DNA of 64,000 nt, from assembly GCF_963921235.1 (NCBI RefSeq), contig NC_086097.1, positions 108,192,001 to 108,256,000 of the forward strand, written 5' to 3'. Position numbers and translations under genes: made by a program. The notes below the pieces were generated by a model. It was not told the DNA's origin and ran no database searches. It was given only the letters and a program-made list of their open reading frames with translations. The stretch is from Mobula hypostoma (lineage: Eukaryota). The number at the start of each line of letters is the position of its first letter. The stretch's first letter is position 1. This document shows positions 63,030 to 64,000 of the stretch, piece by piece.

Positions 63030-64000
63030 TGGCGGCAAAAGGTAATCCAGAATGTTGTGTTGCCTCCCTGGTGCCAGGGTTGAGGAGTGGTTGCTGAACA
63101 TCGCAAGAGAGGAAGGTAAAAGAGGGGGCAGTAAGTTTCACTAATAATCAGGGACATATCACAGCTGCACTGAGTCTACATGGGTATTCACAAGGCAGGA
63201 GTTTGAGTGGCCTGAGGTCATTATGCACATAGGCACAAATGATATAGGTGGAAATAGGGATGAAGTCCTGCTGAATGAATGTAGGGTAGGGAGTTAGGAA
63301 AGAGGTTATAAAGCAGAACTTTGAGGCATGTGCCATGAGCTTGTAAGAGTAAGAATAGAAAGACATGGCAGATGAATGTGTAGCTGAAAAATTGGTGCTA
63401 GGGGCAGTGATTCAAATTTTTGGACTATTGAGATTTCTTCTGGGACAGAGGTGACCTGGACAAGAGGGACAGGGTGCACCTGAACTGGAGGGGATCAATA
63501 TCCTGGTGGGCAGGCAGATTTATAAGAGTTTAAAATATATTGGTGGGGGGGGGGGTTGGATATATAGCAGCAGTAGGATAGGTGGGAGGTTAGAATTTGA
63601 CACAGAATTGAATAGGAACCAGAGTACTAAGTCGGAAAGTGGAGGGATGGGGTGGGGTGCGGGTGGCGAAGATAGATGTCATGACAGGAAAGTCTGTAAG
63701 GAAGGTCAGGCAAGAGAAAGGTGATGCAGACAACTGGTTGGAAGTTAGAGCACAGGTCAATACGTGAGACTATGATGTTATGGGCATTTCAGAGACTTGC
63801 TTGAGAGAGGAGCACAAATGGATGCTTAATGTTCCAGGGTTTCAATGTTTTAAAAAGAGATAAAGAGGAAGGTAAAAGAGGGGCAGGGAATTTCACTAAT
63901 AATCAGGGACAATGTCACAGCTGCACTGAGAGGGTACAGTAATGGACGATGCATCCATTGAGTCTACATGGCTAGAACTAAAAAACGATGAGAAAGGTGC
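63030..64000 (+). mobile_element. CR1 LINE 5' region (ORF1 esterase remnant and ORF2 endonuclease start), runs off the window
   Basis: LCCLPGARV; FLDY*DFFWDRGDLDKRDRVHLNWRG; DYDVMGISETCL; ESTWLELKN. Confidence 0.8.

Noticed and set aside
12841..64000. Next OXR1 exon (DTGQKK..MSFQKPKG-like)
   Set aside because: Not found by eye in the ORF track or after plausible acceptors; it probably lies beyond the window, but a short exon could have been missed.

Overview
Vertebrate genomic DNA; the repeat content (CR1, Rex1/Babar, Penelope-like, V-SINE, Tc1, Tigger, hAT MITE, L1) suggests a cartilaginous fish, probably a ray (inference). The only host coding feature I can support is one 200-bp exon of OXR1 (12641-12840, + strand) with canonical splice sites. 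No other OXR1 exon was recognised, so most of the window is probably intronic. The most striking structure is a ~13.8-kb, almost G-free, C/A-rich minisatellite (35909-49730; 16-bp core CCCACCCCACCACCAT with interspersed variants). It produces the giant Pro/His/Thr and Gly/Trp/Val ORFs in the track, which are artefacts. The Penelope-like elements carry minimal, dimer-type hammerhead ribozyme motifs. One copy with an intact core (15146-15183) lies on the OXR1 sense strand inside a ~220-bp inverted repeat. The rest is nested, mostly decayed transposon debris, some with clear TIRs and TSDs. All family assignments come from motif recognition, not database searches, and boundaries of old repeats are approximate.
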